Positions 1-7,516 of a DNA stretch of 32,000 nt are shown here, in pieces. The notes under the pieces are model-generated. The model did no database searches, was not told the origin of the DNA, and was given only the letters and a program-made list of their open reading frames with translations. The translations under genes were made by a program, and so were the position numbers. Source of the stretch: Halogeometricum borinquense DSM 11551 (lineage in GTDB: Archaea > Halobacteriota > Halobacteria > Halobacteriales > Haloferacaceae); the NCBI RefSeq assembly GCF_000172995.2, contig NC_014736.1, positions 178,351 through 210,350 on the forward strand, written 5' to 3'. Numbering within the stretch: position 1 is the first letter of the stretch; the number at the start of each line of letters is the position of its first letter.

Positions 1-359
1 GCGGCGCGTACCAGTATCATCCCGAAGCAACCGTTCTCGAACGCCTCGGTGAAACCAGCCGGCAAACCGCTGGTCATCTCGCACTCGACCAAAGCGTCGT
101 CGGCGAGGCCGCTGTAAACGTGTACATAATGGCGGATGTTGACTCCATCGTCGAGCAGGTCGGTAACCGTGGCTATCGACTGGCACAACTGCTGGGCGGT
201 ATCAGCCTTGGACGACTCTATCTTGCGACGTACGCTCATCGGACGCTGGGTGGACGCGGCTTCACGTTCTACGATGACCTAGTCTCCGAACATCTCTCGC
301 CACGTGCAGCGAACCAGACTCCGATGACGCTTTTTGCGTTCGGAAAGCGAGTGGAATAG
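1..359 (+). CDS. nitroreductase-family protein, C-terminal part (possibly SagB-type dehydrogenase); 5' end lies outside the window
   Basis: Reading frame 3 is open from the window edge to TAG at 357-359. The listed 120..359 ORF is only its GTG-initiated tail. The C-terminal sequence VNVYIMADVDSIVEQVGNRGYRLAQLLGGISLGRLYLATYAHRTLGGRGFTFYDDLVSEHL...LFAFGKR follows the usual nitroreductase-fold C-terminal pattern (YR...G...LYL.A...G.G....F.DD.V...L....VG). Confidence 0.6.
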   Translation, partial: GAYQYHPEATVLERLGETSRQTAGHLALDQSVVGEAAVNVYIMADVDSIVEQVGNRGYRLAQLLGGISLGRLYLATYAHRTLGGRGFTFYDDLVSEHLSPRAANQTPMTLFAFGKRVE

Positions 360-402
360 GTACTTCGTCGATGGTGAATGAGTATGAGTTGTTAACCTAG
401 TT

Positions 403-687
403 TCACCGGTGGAGGAAGCATTCTCCACCACCCAATACGAGATAGAAGACGACGTAGAGGGATGTAAGTCCACTCGCATAGAATCCGAGACCGAACACGG
501 TTTCAGTGGTTAGGATACCGTTCACGAGACCGTAAGCGGCCCACCCGAAGACGATGAGGCTGAGTATCGAAAGCGGAGAGTGAAGCCTTCGGATATAGCC
601 AGCATTCACCGATGTGTATCTTGGGGCGATTGCCAACGTATTCTCTAAGATACGAAAAATAACTCCAGCTACACTAGATTTCTGCAT
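403..687 (-). CDS. hypothetical small membrane protein (2-3 predicted TM helices)
   Basis: 94-codon ORF with hydrophobic stretches (LSILSLIVFGWAAYGLVNGIL, GLGFYASGLTSLYVVFYLVLGG). It is convergent with the nitroreductase gene. No recognisable family; coding status uncertain. Confidence 0.35.
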   Translation of the reverse strand: MQKSSVAGVIFRILENTLAIAPRYTSVNAGYIRRLHSPLSILSLIVFGWAAYGLVNGILTTETVFGLGFYASGLTSLYVVFYLVLGGGECFLHR

Positions 688-882
688 TCAAGCTATAATT
701 TTACACTGTGACACCACTATCGTTGTAATCAATTGGTAGTTTTGATCCTCCTTTTTGGCATGTAAAATACTATCTCCAGTTGACCCAATACAGTACCTGT
801 TTTTGAATTTGATCCAAAAATAACATGCTCTGTACAGCATCTTCCGAAAACGACGAGAGACGCGACCCTACGCGTTCACGGA

Positions 883-895
883 CAAAATAAAACAA
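883..895 (-). terminator. oligo-T tract downstream of the MFS transporter stop codon
   Basis: The minus strand reads TTGTTTTATTTTG starting 9 nt after the stop at 904-906. Archaeal termination commonly uses T-runs. Confidence 0.35.
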
Positions 896-903
896 GAACT
901 GCG

Positions 904-2289
904 TTAGTCGTCGGCGGTCGATGCGATATTCTTGCGGAGGTCGTTCTCGATTGCTTCGAGAGAGCGACCTTTCGTCTCCGGAACGAGTGCGTAGGTGAAG
1001 ACAAGGGCAACAAGGCTACACACACCGAAGACCCAGAACGTCGATGGCGTTCCGAGATTAGCGGTCATCACCGGGAACATGAGCGACACGAGGAGATTCG
1101 CGCCCCAGTTGGCGACGGTAACTATCCCCATTGCACTCCCGCGGACGGCAAGCGGGTAAATCTCGGAGATGAGGAGCCAGAAAACCGGTCCAAGTCCGAT
1201 GGCGAAAAAGGCCACGAACAGCATGAGGCTGACCGTTGCGATGATACCGAGTCCACCCGAGAATCCTGGTAGGTAGAAGACGGCACCGAGGATTCCCAGT
1301 GTGACGACCATGCCGCCGACACCGGTGAGGAGGAGCGCCCGCCGACCGACGCGGTCGATGAGCGCGATTGCAACGATAGTCATCACGACGTTGATAACCC
1401 CGATGCCTACCGTTGCGAGGATCGACGTTGCATTTCCGAACTCGGTCGATTCGAGGATTGTCGGTGCGTAGTAGATGACGGCGTTGATGCCGGTCACCTG
1501 CTGGAAGACGGCGAGTCCGAGGCCCACTACGAGCGCCGGACGGAGCCACGGTTCGAGGAGGTCGCGCAATCCGGTATTCGATTGCTTCGAGACGGTTCCA
1601 CGAATCTCCTCGAGTTCTTTTTCGACGTCGCCACTTCGCGTCTGCTGGAGGATAGCACGTGCTTCCGCTTCCTTACCGTGCTCGAAGAGCCAGCGCGGGC
1701 TCTCCGGCATTTTGAGGATTCCGATAGCGAGGATCACGGCAGGGACCATCCCTGCTCCGAGCATGGCTCGCCACGATTCGCTATCGGCGAGGGCGAAGTT
1801 CACGAAGTACGACGAGAGGATGCCCACAGTAACCATAAGCTGGTTCAACGACGTGAGCGCCCCGCGGATTTTGGGCGGTGCGATTTCCGAAATGTAGAGT
1901 GGGCCGACAATCGAGGCGAATCCGATTGCGACGCCGTCGATAAGTCGTCCAGCTACCAGTACCGGAACGTTTGGCGCAACCGCCATCGTGAGCGACCCGA
2001 TGAAGAAGACGATTGCACTGATCAGGATGAGCCGTCGGCGACCCAGTCGGTCTGCGAGTTTTCCACCGACCGCAGCGCCAACTGCTGCACCCGCCATTGC
2101 ACCGCTGACGACAATCCCCTCCACCAACGAGGACATCGTGAATTCATTTTCGATAAACAGGAATGCTCCCGAAATGATCCCTGTATCGAACCCGAACAAT
2201 AGCCCGTTGAGAGCGGCCAACGCGGCGGTGACGTACACGAATCGACCACCACCTCCGCTCAGAATGTCCTGTATATTAGAGGTTGACAT
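904..2289 (-). CDS. MFS transporter, sugar porter family
   Basis: 12-TM profile with the sugar-porter signatures GRRRLILISAIVFFIGS, PESPRWL and PETKGRSLEAIE. The ATG at 2289 (MSTSNIQ...) is preferred over the TTG at 2307 listed in the ORF track. Confidence 0.9.
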   Translation of the reverse strand: MSTSNIQDILSGGGGRFVYVTAALAALNGLLFGFDTGIISGAFLFIENEFTMSSLVEGIVVSGAMAGAAVGAAVGGKLADRLGRRRLILISAIVFFIGSLTMAVAPNVPVLVAGRLIDGVAIGFASIVGPLYISEIAPPKIRGALTSLNQLMVTVGILSSYFVNFALADSESWRAMLGAGMVPAVILAIGILKMPESPRWLFEHGKEAEARAILQQTRSGDVEKELEEIRGTVSKQSNTGLRDLLEPWLRPALVVGLGLAVFQQVTGINAVIYYAPTILESTEFGNATSILATVGIGVINVVMTIVAIALIDRVGRRALLLTGVGGMVVTLGILGAVFYLPGFSGGLGIIATVSLMLFVAFFAIGLGPVFWLLISEIYPLAVRGSAMGIVTVANWGANLLVSLMFPVMTANLGTPSTFWVFGVCSLVALVFTYALVPETKGRSLEAIENDLRKNIASTADD

Positions 2290-2730
2290 TATGGGACTCC
2301 ATCCCAATAGTTACTACATTAGTTAAGAAATCTTTTGATTCATTATCAATGTATAATTGTGTGGATCTATCTCATTTTTTAATGAGAGTGAGTTATCACC
2401 AATCCTATTGTAAACACGACTAGCACTGATTACAAAATCTCATTTCACGAACCAGTATTGGTCTGTTGACAATAGAATCTTCGTGTTCGATAACGCCGTA
2501 CGCAGACGTGTCGAATTCTCCCCTATATTGGTCTAGGGAGTGGATCATACTTTCATACAGGATTTCTAGAAATAGTAATGCTGATTTGTATTCTGAACTT
2601 TACTATCCCATTCTCAGATGATGTCTTTAGCGGTGATGGGACGTAATCAGGTTCCCCGGCAAAGAGTAGCTACTAGCAGTGAACCAGAATACAAACGACC
2701 AAACCACGTGTGAACAAATACACCGTACTG

Positions 2731-3654
2731 ATGTCGGACAGTGTCGTGACTCGCGTTGCAACTTTGGTTGATGAATATCTCCTGATCTGGGTACTTCTCT
2801 CAGTCGGCGTCGGGCTGGCCGTCCCGTCAGTAGCAGTTCTTACGCCACTGTCGACGCCAATTCTGGCGGTTATGATCGGTGCGGTTTCACTAACACTTGC
2901 TCCCGAGCGATTTCGTCAACTTCGCAGTCCGGTTTTGCTCACGATTCTCGTCGTGCAGACTGGGATGCCCTTGCTTGCGTTTGCCATTGCCCGGACGTTT
3001 GGCCTTTCCCCTGCACTTACGGCCGGATTTGTGGTCCTTGGCGCAGTGACGCCCGAACTCGTGACGCCAACGATGACTGAACTCAGCGGGGGCGATACCG
3101 CCCTCGCAACGGTCATCCTTGTCGTTGTCGGCCTCGGTACACTCGTGTTCGTTCCTGGGGTCGTCACCGTTTTGCTGGGCGCATCGGTTTCGGTTGATCC
3201 ACTGCTAATCGTCGAACAGTTGTTGCTCGCTGTGGTTCTCCCAATGAGTCTTGCGGTCGGGGTCCGATACCGGTGGTCAGACCGCATCGGACAGTATGAC
3301 GACCTCTATCCGTCGGTGTCGGGACTCATGGTGATTCTCATCATCGGAATCGTCGCTGCAGCGAACGCATCGCTCGTTCGTAATGGCGGTGCAGTACTCC
3401 GCTTGGTCACGCTCGGCGCAGTCGTTCTCAATTGTACTGGTTACGCTACCGGGTGGCTCGTGGGTTGGAACTTCACTCGTGAAGAGCGTATCGCTGCGAC
3501 GCTTTCGGTCGGGATGCGTGACTTCGCCGTGGCGGCCGCCCTGCTTGTCGGAGCGGGCTTTCCGACGGCGGCAACACTCCCAGCGGTCGTCTTCGGGATC
3601 ATCGAAATGACGACGAGTGCGGGACTCGCAAAGTGGTTCAGTCGACCACGCTGA
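2731..3654 (+). CDS. bile acid:sodium symporter (BASS/SBF, Acr3-related) family transporter
   Basis: Polytopic membrane protein of about 300 aa. Length, Pro/Gly-rich helices and the segment SVGMRDFAVAAALL are typical of the SBF family. ATG at 2731; GTG at 2710 is an alternative start. Confidence 0.7.
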   Translation: MSDSVVTRVATLVDEYLLIWVLLSVGVGLAVPSVAVLTPLSTPILAVMIGAVSLTLAPERFRQLRSPVLLTILVVQTGMPLLAFAIARTFGLSPALTAGFVVLGAVTPELVTPTMTELSGGDTALATVILVVVGLGTLVFVPGVVTVLLGASVSVDPLLIVEQLLLAVVLPMSLAVGVRYRWSDRIGQYDDLYPSVSGLMVILIIGIVAAANASLVRNGGAVLRLVTLGAVVLNCTGYATGWLVGWNFTREERIAATLSVGMRDFAVAAALLVGAGFPTAATLPAVVFGIIEMTTSAGLAKWFSRPR

Positions 3655-3657
3655 ACG

Positions 3658-4023
3658 TTATACGCAACTTTCCTGCTCATCTGCCCACTCAAGGAGGGGA
3701 TCGAGTTTCTCGCGGAGTTCATCACCCCTCTCGGTGAGTTCGTACTCGACACGAGGTGGAATCTCCGCGTACTGCTCTCGGGAAAGGTATCCCCTCTCGA
3801 CAAGTTCATCTAGGCGGGTCGATAGCGTCGAACTGCTAACTTCTCCGAACGTCTCCGCTATCTCGCCATATCTGGCTGGTCCGATTGCTCCGACGACACA
3901 GATCACTTGCATCGCGTATCGGCGACTGAGCAGTTCCATCACTCCACCTAGCGGGCAGTAGCAGTTGGTCTCGGTAGTCTGTACATCTGGCGTGTCATCC
4001 GATGAGGCGGGTGTTTCTGCCAT
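3658..4023 (-). CDS. HxlR (DUF24) family winged-helix transcriptional regulator
   Basis: CPLGGVMELLSRRYAMQVICVV...YGEIAETFGEVSSSTLSTRLDELVERGYLSREQYAEIPPRVEYELTERG is the canonical HxlR core, including the N-terminal Cys. ATG at 4023; the track starts at TTG 4032. Confidence 0.85.
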   Translation of the reverse strand: MAETPASSDDTPDVQTTETNCYCPLGGVMELLSRRYAMQVICVVGAIGPARYGEIAETFGEVSSSTLSTRLDELVERGYLSREQYAEIPPRVEYELTERGDELREKLDPLLEWADEQESCV

Positions 4024-4048
4024 AGCTTTCAACGGCCGTACTTAGTCT

Positions 4049-4077
4049 AATACTTCGGACTTGACAGTATAAGTATT
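4049..4077. promoter_or_regulatory. 7-bp inverted repeat (AATACTT-N15-AAGTATT) in the divergent HxlR / CC-motif gene spacer; candidate operator
   Basis: AATACTT at 4049-4055 and its reverse complement AAGTATT at 4071-4077 lie in the 79-bp spacer between the divergent starts at 4023 and 4103. Confidence 0.3.
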
Positions 4078-4102
4078 CCCGTATTCAAAGTAACGACGTA
4101 TT

Positions 4103-4441
4103 ATGGGTCAAAACGACTCGTCACGAGAGGTCGCGTGTGAGCTGACAGAAGAACAAGAGAAAGAGCGGAGCGAGGAAGTCCGCTCACGTCTCATCACCAA
4201 CTACGTTGGGGTTGAGGAATCTGAAGATGGCCTGAAAATACGGTTCGAAGGGACTGAGGAGTCGCTCCTAGCGGCCGCTCGATTCATATCCTCGGAGTTG
4301 AAGTGTTGTGCGTTCGCCGAGTACGAGATAACGGTGTCGCCACCGTACGAGGAGACGGCTCTGACTATCACTGGCCCTGACGGGACGCGAGAGATGTTCC
4401 GAAACGGTCTAGTTGCTCGACTGGAGGCAAAGAAGCCGTAG
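4103..4441 (+). CDS. hypothetical acidic protein with a conserved-looking CC motif (SELKCCAFAEYEI...LTITGPDGTREMF)
   Basis: 112-codon ORF with an ATG start, an acidic haloarchaeal composition and good third-position GC. It is divergent from the HxlR gene. From memory, the pattern E.(C)CCxF...(L/I)T(V/I)TGP.G..E resembles small proteins or C-terminal modules found next to ArsR/MerR/HxlR regulators. Unverified. Confidence 0.6.
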   Translation: MGQNDSSREVACELTEEQEKERSEEVRSRLITNYVGVEESEDGLKIRFEGTEESLLAAARFISSELKCCAFAEYEITVSPPYEETALTITGPDGTREMFRNGLVARLEAKKP

Positions 4442-4575
4442 GCGTACTTCTGTCCAGTTGAGTGCTCTGAGCGGGTGTTGATGGAGTAGGATCTGGAACC
4501 CTACAGCAGTAGTATGGTGTTCTCTTACGGCTCTACCTGCTGAATAATGCTGTGGCAGTTATTCTCTAGCACGGC

Positions 4576-4583
4576 AATTTATG
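4576..4583 (+). promoter_or_regulatory. TATA-like box (AATTTATG) upstream of the small zinc-finger ORF
   Basis: AT-rich octamer centred about 32 nt upstream of the ATG at 4612. Confidence 0.35.
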
Positions 4584-4611
4584 GCTATAGCCAGCGTACA
4601 ATCAGAACACC

Positions 4612-4776
4612 ATGGTCCGGTGTTACCTCTGTGATGCGCAGTGTGCAACCGGTGGTGGGGTGTTCGTTTGCGAACACTGCGGGTGCTGTTGTCACCAGCA
4701 CTGCATCGAAAACTACGAGGCGGATACCTGCCCGAAATGCGTGGGTGACCCCGTGATCGGCGCTCACGAATTGTGA
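4612..4776 (+). CDS. small Cys-rich zinc-finger protein (54 aa) with C4HC3 cross-brace (PHD-type) spacing
   Basis: Not in the supplied track because it is under 60 aa. My translation of ATG 4612 to TGA 4774-4776 is MVRCYLCDAQCATGGGVFVCEHCGCCCHQHCIENYEADTCPKCVGDPVIGAHEL. Third-position GC is about 69% by my count (37 of 54 codons), which looks coding. A TATA-like box lies upstream. Confidence 0.55.
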   Translation: MVRCYLCDAQCATGGGVFVCEHCGCCCHQHCIENYEADTCPKCVGDPVIGAHEL

Positions 4777-4885
4777 GATTCAAGATCACGGCTTCGCCCG
4801 CAACTCCGGGTATGGACGCTCTGCCTGCGGTGTTCTCAGTTACATCTATCGCGTTCCGCGGGTCTGAAACCCGACTCGGAACTGT

Positions 4886-6046
4886 CTACGACGTGATGAT
4901 CGAGGCGAGTTCCTCGCGGTCGAACAGTTCGCCCGAGAAGGTGTCTGGGAAGTATCCGGTCGCGTACCGCTCGACGAGGAACAGGTGATGCAGCGGGCCG
5001 GGATAGATCGGACCGCCGCGGAACACCTTCCCGTTCTTGACAGCCCGGAGTTCGGAGGCGACCTCGTGGTTTTTCATGAACTTGACAACCGTGTTCTCGA
5101 ACTCCTCGCGCGTCTTCTGCTCGTGACCGCGCAGAAGGATCGAATCGGGATCGATCTCCAGAACCGTTTCGTAGTCGATCGTCCCTCGGTTGCTCTCTGA
5201 GAGGCCGTCGATGCCCGTCCCGGAGAGTGCGTCTGTGATACCGACGTCGTGGAACGCCTTCTTGTTCGTCCCCTTCCCGCTCAGGCGGGCTGGGTAGAAC
5301 GTTTCCGGTTCGTTACTTCCTTGCCAGCAGAGGAGCGCGTTCGGCCGACTGTTTGGTCCCGGGAGTTTCGTCTGAATGTCCGTAATATACTGATCGTGGA
5401 AGGATTTGAGACGCGAGAATTTCTCTTGTTCTTGATGGACTTCCGCTACTTTTTCGAACGCATCGTACAGCGTGTAGTACCGGTAATCGTGCCATTTGTC
5501 CGTCCGCCTAAAGATGGTGTTTCCGAAGAATGGGGACACCTTCTCGCTGATCTCCTCGATATCCGCGGCGTCAAGGCCAAACGTGTTATTTTTGATGAGC
5601 CACTGGGGGTCGATCATGTGGAGATCGCTATCGAGGTCGTAGAATATCTCCTTGGAGATGCCGGCGTCGCCGACTAACTTGGTTAGCGACTCCTTGTCGA
5701 TGCTGACCCCGTCGAGTTCAGTGTAATGGTTGGTGTGGTACCGCGAGGGAAGCCCCATGCTGTTAATCGTATCCCCGTGACCGAGCGCAACTGCCATGTC
5801 GGCGTAACCCGGGAAGTAGTGGGCGACCGATTCCGGTGGCTTCTCGAGTGTCACATCACCGGTCGGTGACATGCTCACCGTATAACTCGTGTCCTCCGGG
5901 GTGCTCGTCGCCGTTTTGCCCTGACTCGTGCTCGTCGATGTATTCGTCTCCGTGTTCCCCTCTCCCCCGGAACTGCTACAGCCGGCCAGACCGGCTGCCA
6001 GTGCGCTCGCGCCGACACCAATGAACTGCCTTCGGTTTATGTCCAT
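4886..6046 (-). CDS. ABC transporter substrate-binding lipoprotein (periplasmic-binding-protein type 2, siderophore/cobalamin class), orphan
   Basis: Tat signal plus lipobox (MDINRRQFIGVGASALAAGLAGC), then a Ser/Thr-rich linker. The body has the overall pattern of FecB/BtuF-like binding proteins (...DPDSILLRGH..., C-terminal PLHHLFLVERYA). No permease or ATPase gene is adjacent. Confidence 0.75.
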   Translation of the reverse strand: MDINRRQFIGVGASALAAGLAGCSSSGGEGNTETNTSTSTSQGKTATSTPEDTSYTVSMSPTGDVTLEKPPESVAHYFPGYADMAVALGHGDTINSMGLPSRYHTNHYTELDGVSIDKESLTKLVGDAGISKEIFYDLDSDLHMIDPQWLIKNNTFGLDAADIEEISEKVSPFFGNTIFRRTDKWHDYRYYTLYDAFEKVAEVHQEQEKFSRLKSFHDQYITDIQTKLPGPNSRPNALLCWQGSNEPETFYPARLSGKGTNKKAFHDVGITDALSGTGIDGLSESNRGTIDYETVLEIDPDSILLRGHEQKTREEFENTVVKFMKNHEVASELRAVKNGKVFRGGPIYPGPLHHLFLVERYATGYFPDTFSGELFDREELASIITS

Positions 6047-6067
6047 ACGGTTTAGGGTTGCCTAAAT

Positions 6068-6077
6068 GTATATAAAC
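6068..6077 (-). promoter_or_regulatory. TATA box (minus strand GTTTATATAC) for the substrate-binding protein gene
   Basis: Centred about 27 nt upstream of the ATG at 6046, which suggests a leaderless transcript. Confidence 0.45.
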
Positions 6078-6245
6078 CCGTCGAAGTTTAGGCAGACCAA
6101 ATATAGACAAAGAGACACTTCAGAGGGATAACATTCAGTGGTTCGGGACTACAGCGAAACACGGAATCTGATCATGATTTCATCCGGATTGGTAATCTCG
6201 AAATCCCCTGTCGCCCGGCACGCCCCCCTCGAAGACGATGCTGAC

Positions 6246-7121
6246 CTACTCTACGATAACTGCACCTTTCATCCCGAGCGGCCCATGTGGTTCGCAGGCG
6301 TACAGGTACGTACCGGGCTCGTCGAACGTATTCTCGAAGTGTACTCCTGGTTTATCCACGAGTTTCTCGGATTTAATGTCGGCATTCTTGAACACTACGT
6401 TATGGGGGGTTCCTTCGTCGGACCACTTCCACTCGACCGTCGTTCCGGCTGCTATCTTCAGGACCGGCGGATCGAAGGCGAAGTGTCCGCCGTTCCCCTC
6501 GGCACCGACGGTGACTGTGGCCGTGTTAGTCTCTGTCCTGTCGGCGATGTTCCCATCGAAGTTACTGCTATCGACGACCCACTTATCTACGGTTTCATTC
6601 CCAGTTGACGGTGGCTCTTTGACGATAATGGCACCTTTCATTCCGTCGTCACGGTGGGGTTCGGAAACAAAGCGATACTCGCCCGGTTCCTCGAAGATGT
6701 AGTGATAGGACGTTCCTCGCTGTGCGTTCGTCCGGCCACTGTCGAACGTCCCATCGAGAGAAACGACGTTGTGTTGTTCACCGTGACCCGTCCAATCCCA
6801 AGTGACAATCGTCATGGGCGCGATCTCGATTGCCGGCGGACTGAATGCTAGTTTTCCATCGACGAGTTTTCCGACTGCGATGGTCGGTCGTGATCCCGGG
6901 CCGTACCGCCTAATGTCGCCGTCGTATCCGTTTGCATTCGACAGCCATTCCTTTAATGACTCCGCTGGAGCCGATTCGGATGCCTCGGTGGTCGCTGGTT
7001 TACTAATGGCGTTGCCGATAGATTGATTGCGATTACTGCTGGTTGAACAGCCGGCGACAGCCACAATGCTAGCGAGAGCAGCGCTTTGCAGGTATTGTCT
7101 GCGTGTGGGGGACCGATTCAT
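6246..7121 (-). CDS. two-domain halocyanin (type-1 cupredoxin) lipoprotein
   Basis: Tat signal plus lipobox (MNRSPTRRQYLQSAALASIVAVAGC) from the ATG at 7121. It carries two tandem halocyanin-type domains. Domain 2 has the full ligand set (PHNVV ... YACEPHGPLGMKG). Domain 1 has QHNVV ... FVSEPHRDDGMKG. Confidence 0.85.
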   Translation of the reverse strand: MNRSPTRRQYLQSAALASIVAVAGCSTSSNRNQSIGNAISKPATTEASESAPAESLKEWLSNANGYDGDIRRYGPGSRPTIAVGKLVDGKLAFSPPAIEIAPMTIVTWDWTGHGEQHNVVSLDGTFDSGRTNAQRGTSYHYIFEEPGEYRFVSEPHRDDGMKGAIIVKEPPSTGNETVDKWVVDSSNFDGNIADRTETNTATVTVGAEGNGGHFAFDPPVLKIAAGTTVEWKWSDEGTPHNVVFKNADIKSEKLVDKPGVHFENTFDEPGTYLYACEPHGPLGMKGAVIVE

Positions 7122-7516
7122 TGCAATTCCCTCATCGCGTATCTGAAAAACAACAACTACGACGGTTGCCAGATTCTGAAAATTGATGTCCACCCACTTA
7201 TGTAGGGGATTTCACACTAAACAAAAGCGATTCGGTTTAGTCACGCTATCAGGATACGATTCCCTCGTTTATTCAGCAGTTGCGCTGTACTCGTTGAACT
7301 CGCCGATCAGGTTGAACACGGCTTGGAAGTTGTCTATCCAATTGATTGCTAAATATCTCTATTTTGTATCGATTGAACCGGGTTTTCACAGCAAATGACG
7401 ACAACATCCTCTTGCTATCTTTTTACAAATATAACAATGCAGTAATGTAATTGGGATTTAGTTTCCTCATCAAATACATTTTTTACTGTCACTATTCCAA
7501 CGTATACTGGAGCACA

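Noticed and set aside
7269-7358. 29-codon open stretch on the minus strand ending ...AINWIDNFQAVFNLIGEFNEYSATAE-stop, which looks like the tail of a gene
   Set aside because: It has no start codon and is bounded upstream by in-frame stops. It is too short to distinguish a pseudogene remnant from chance.
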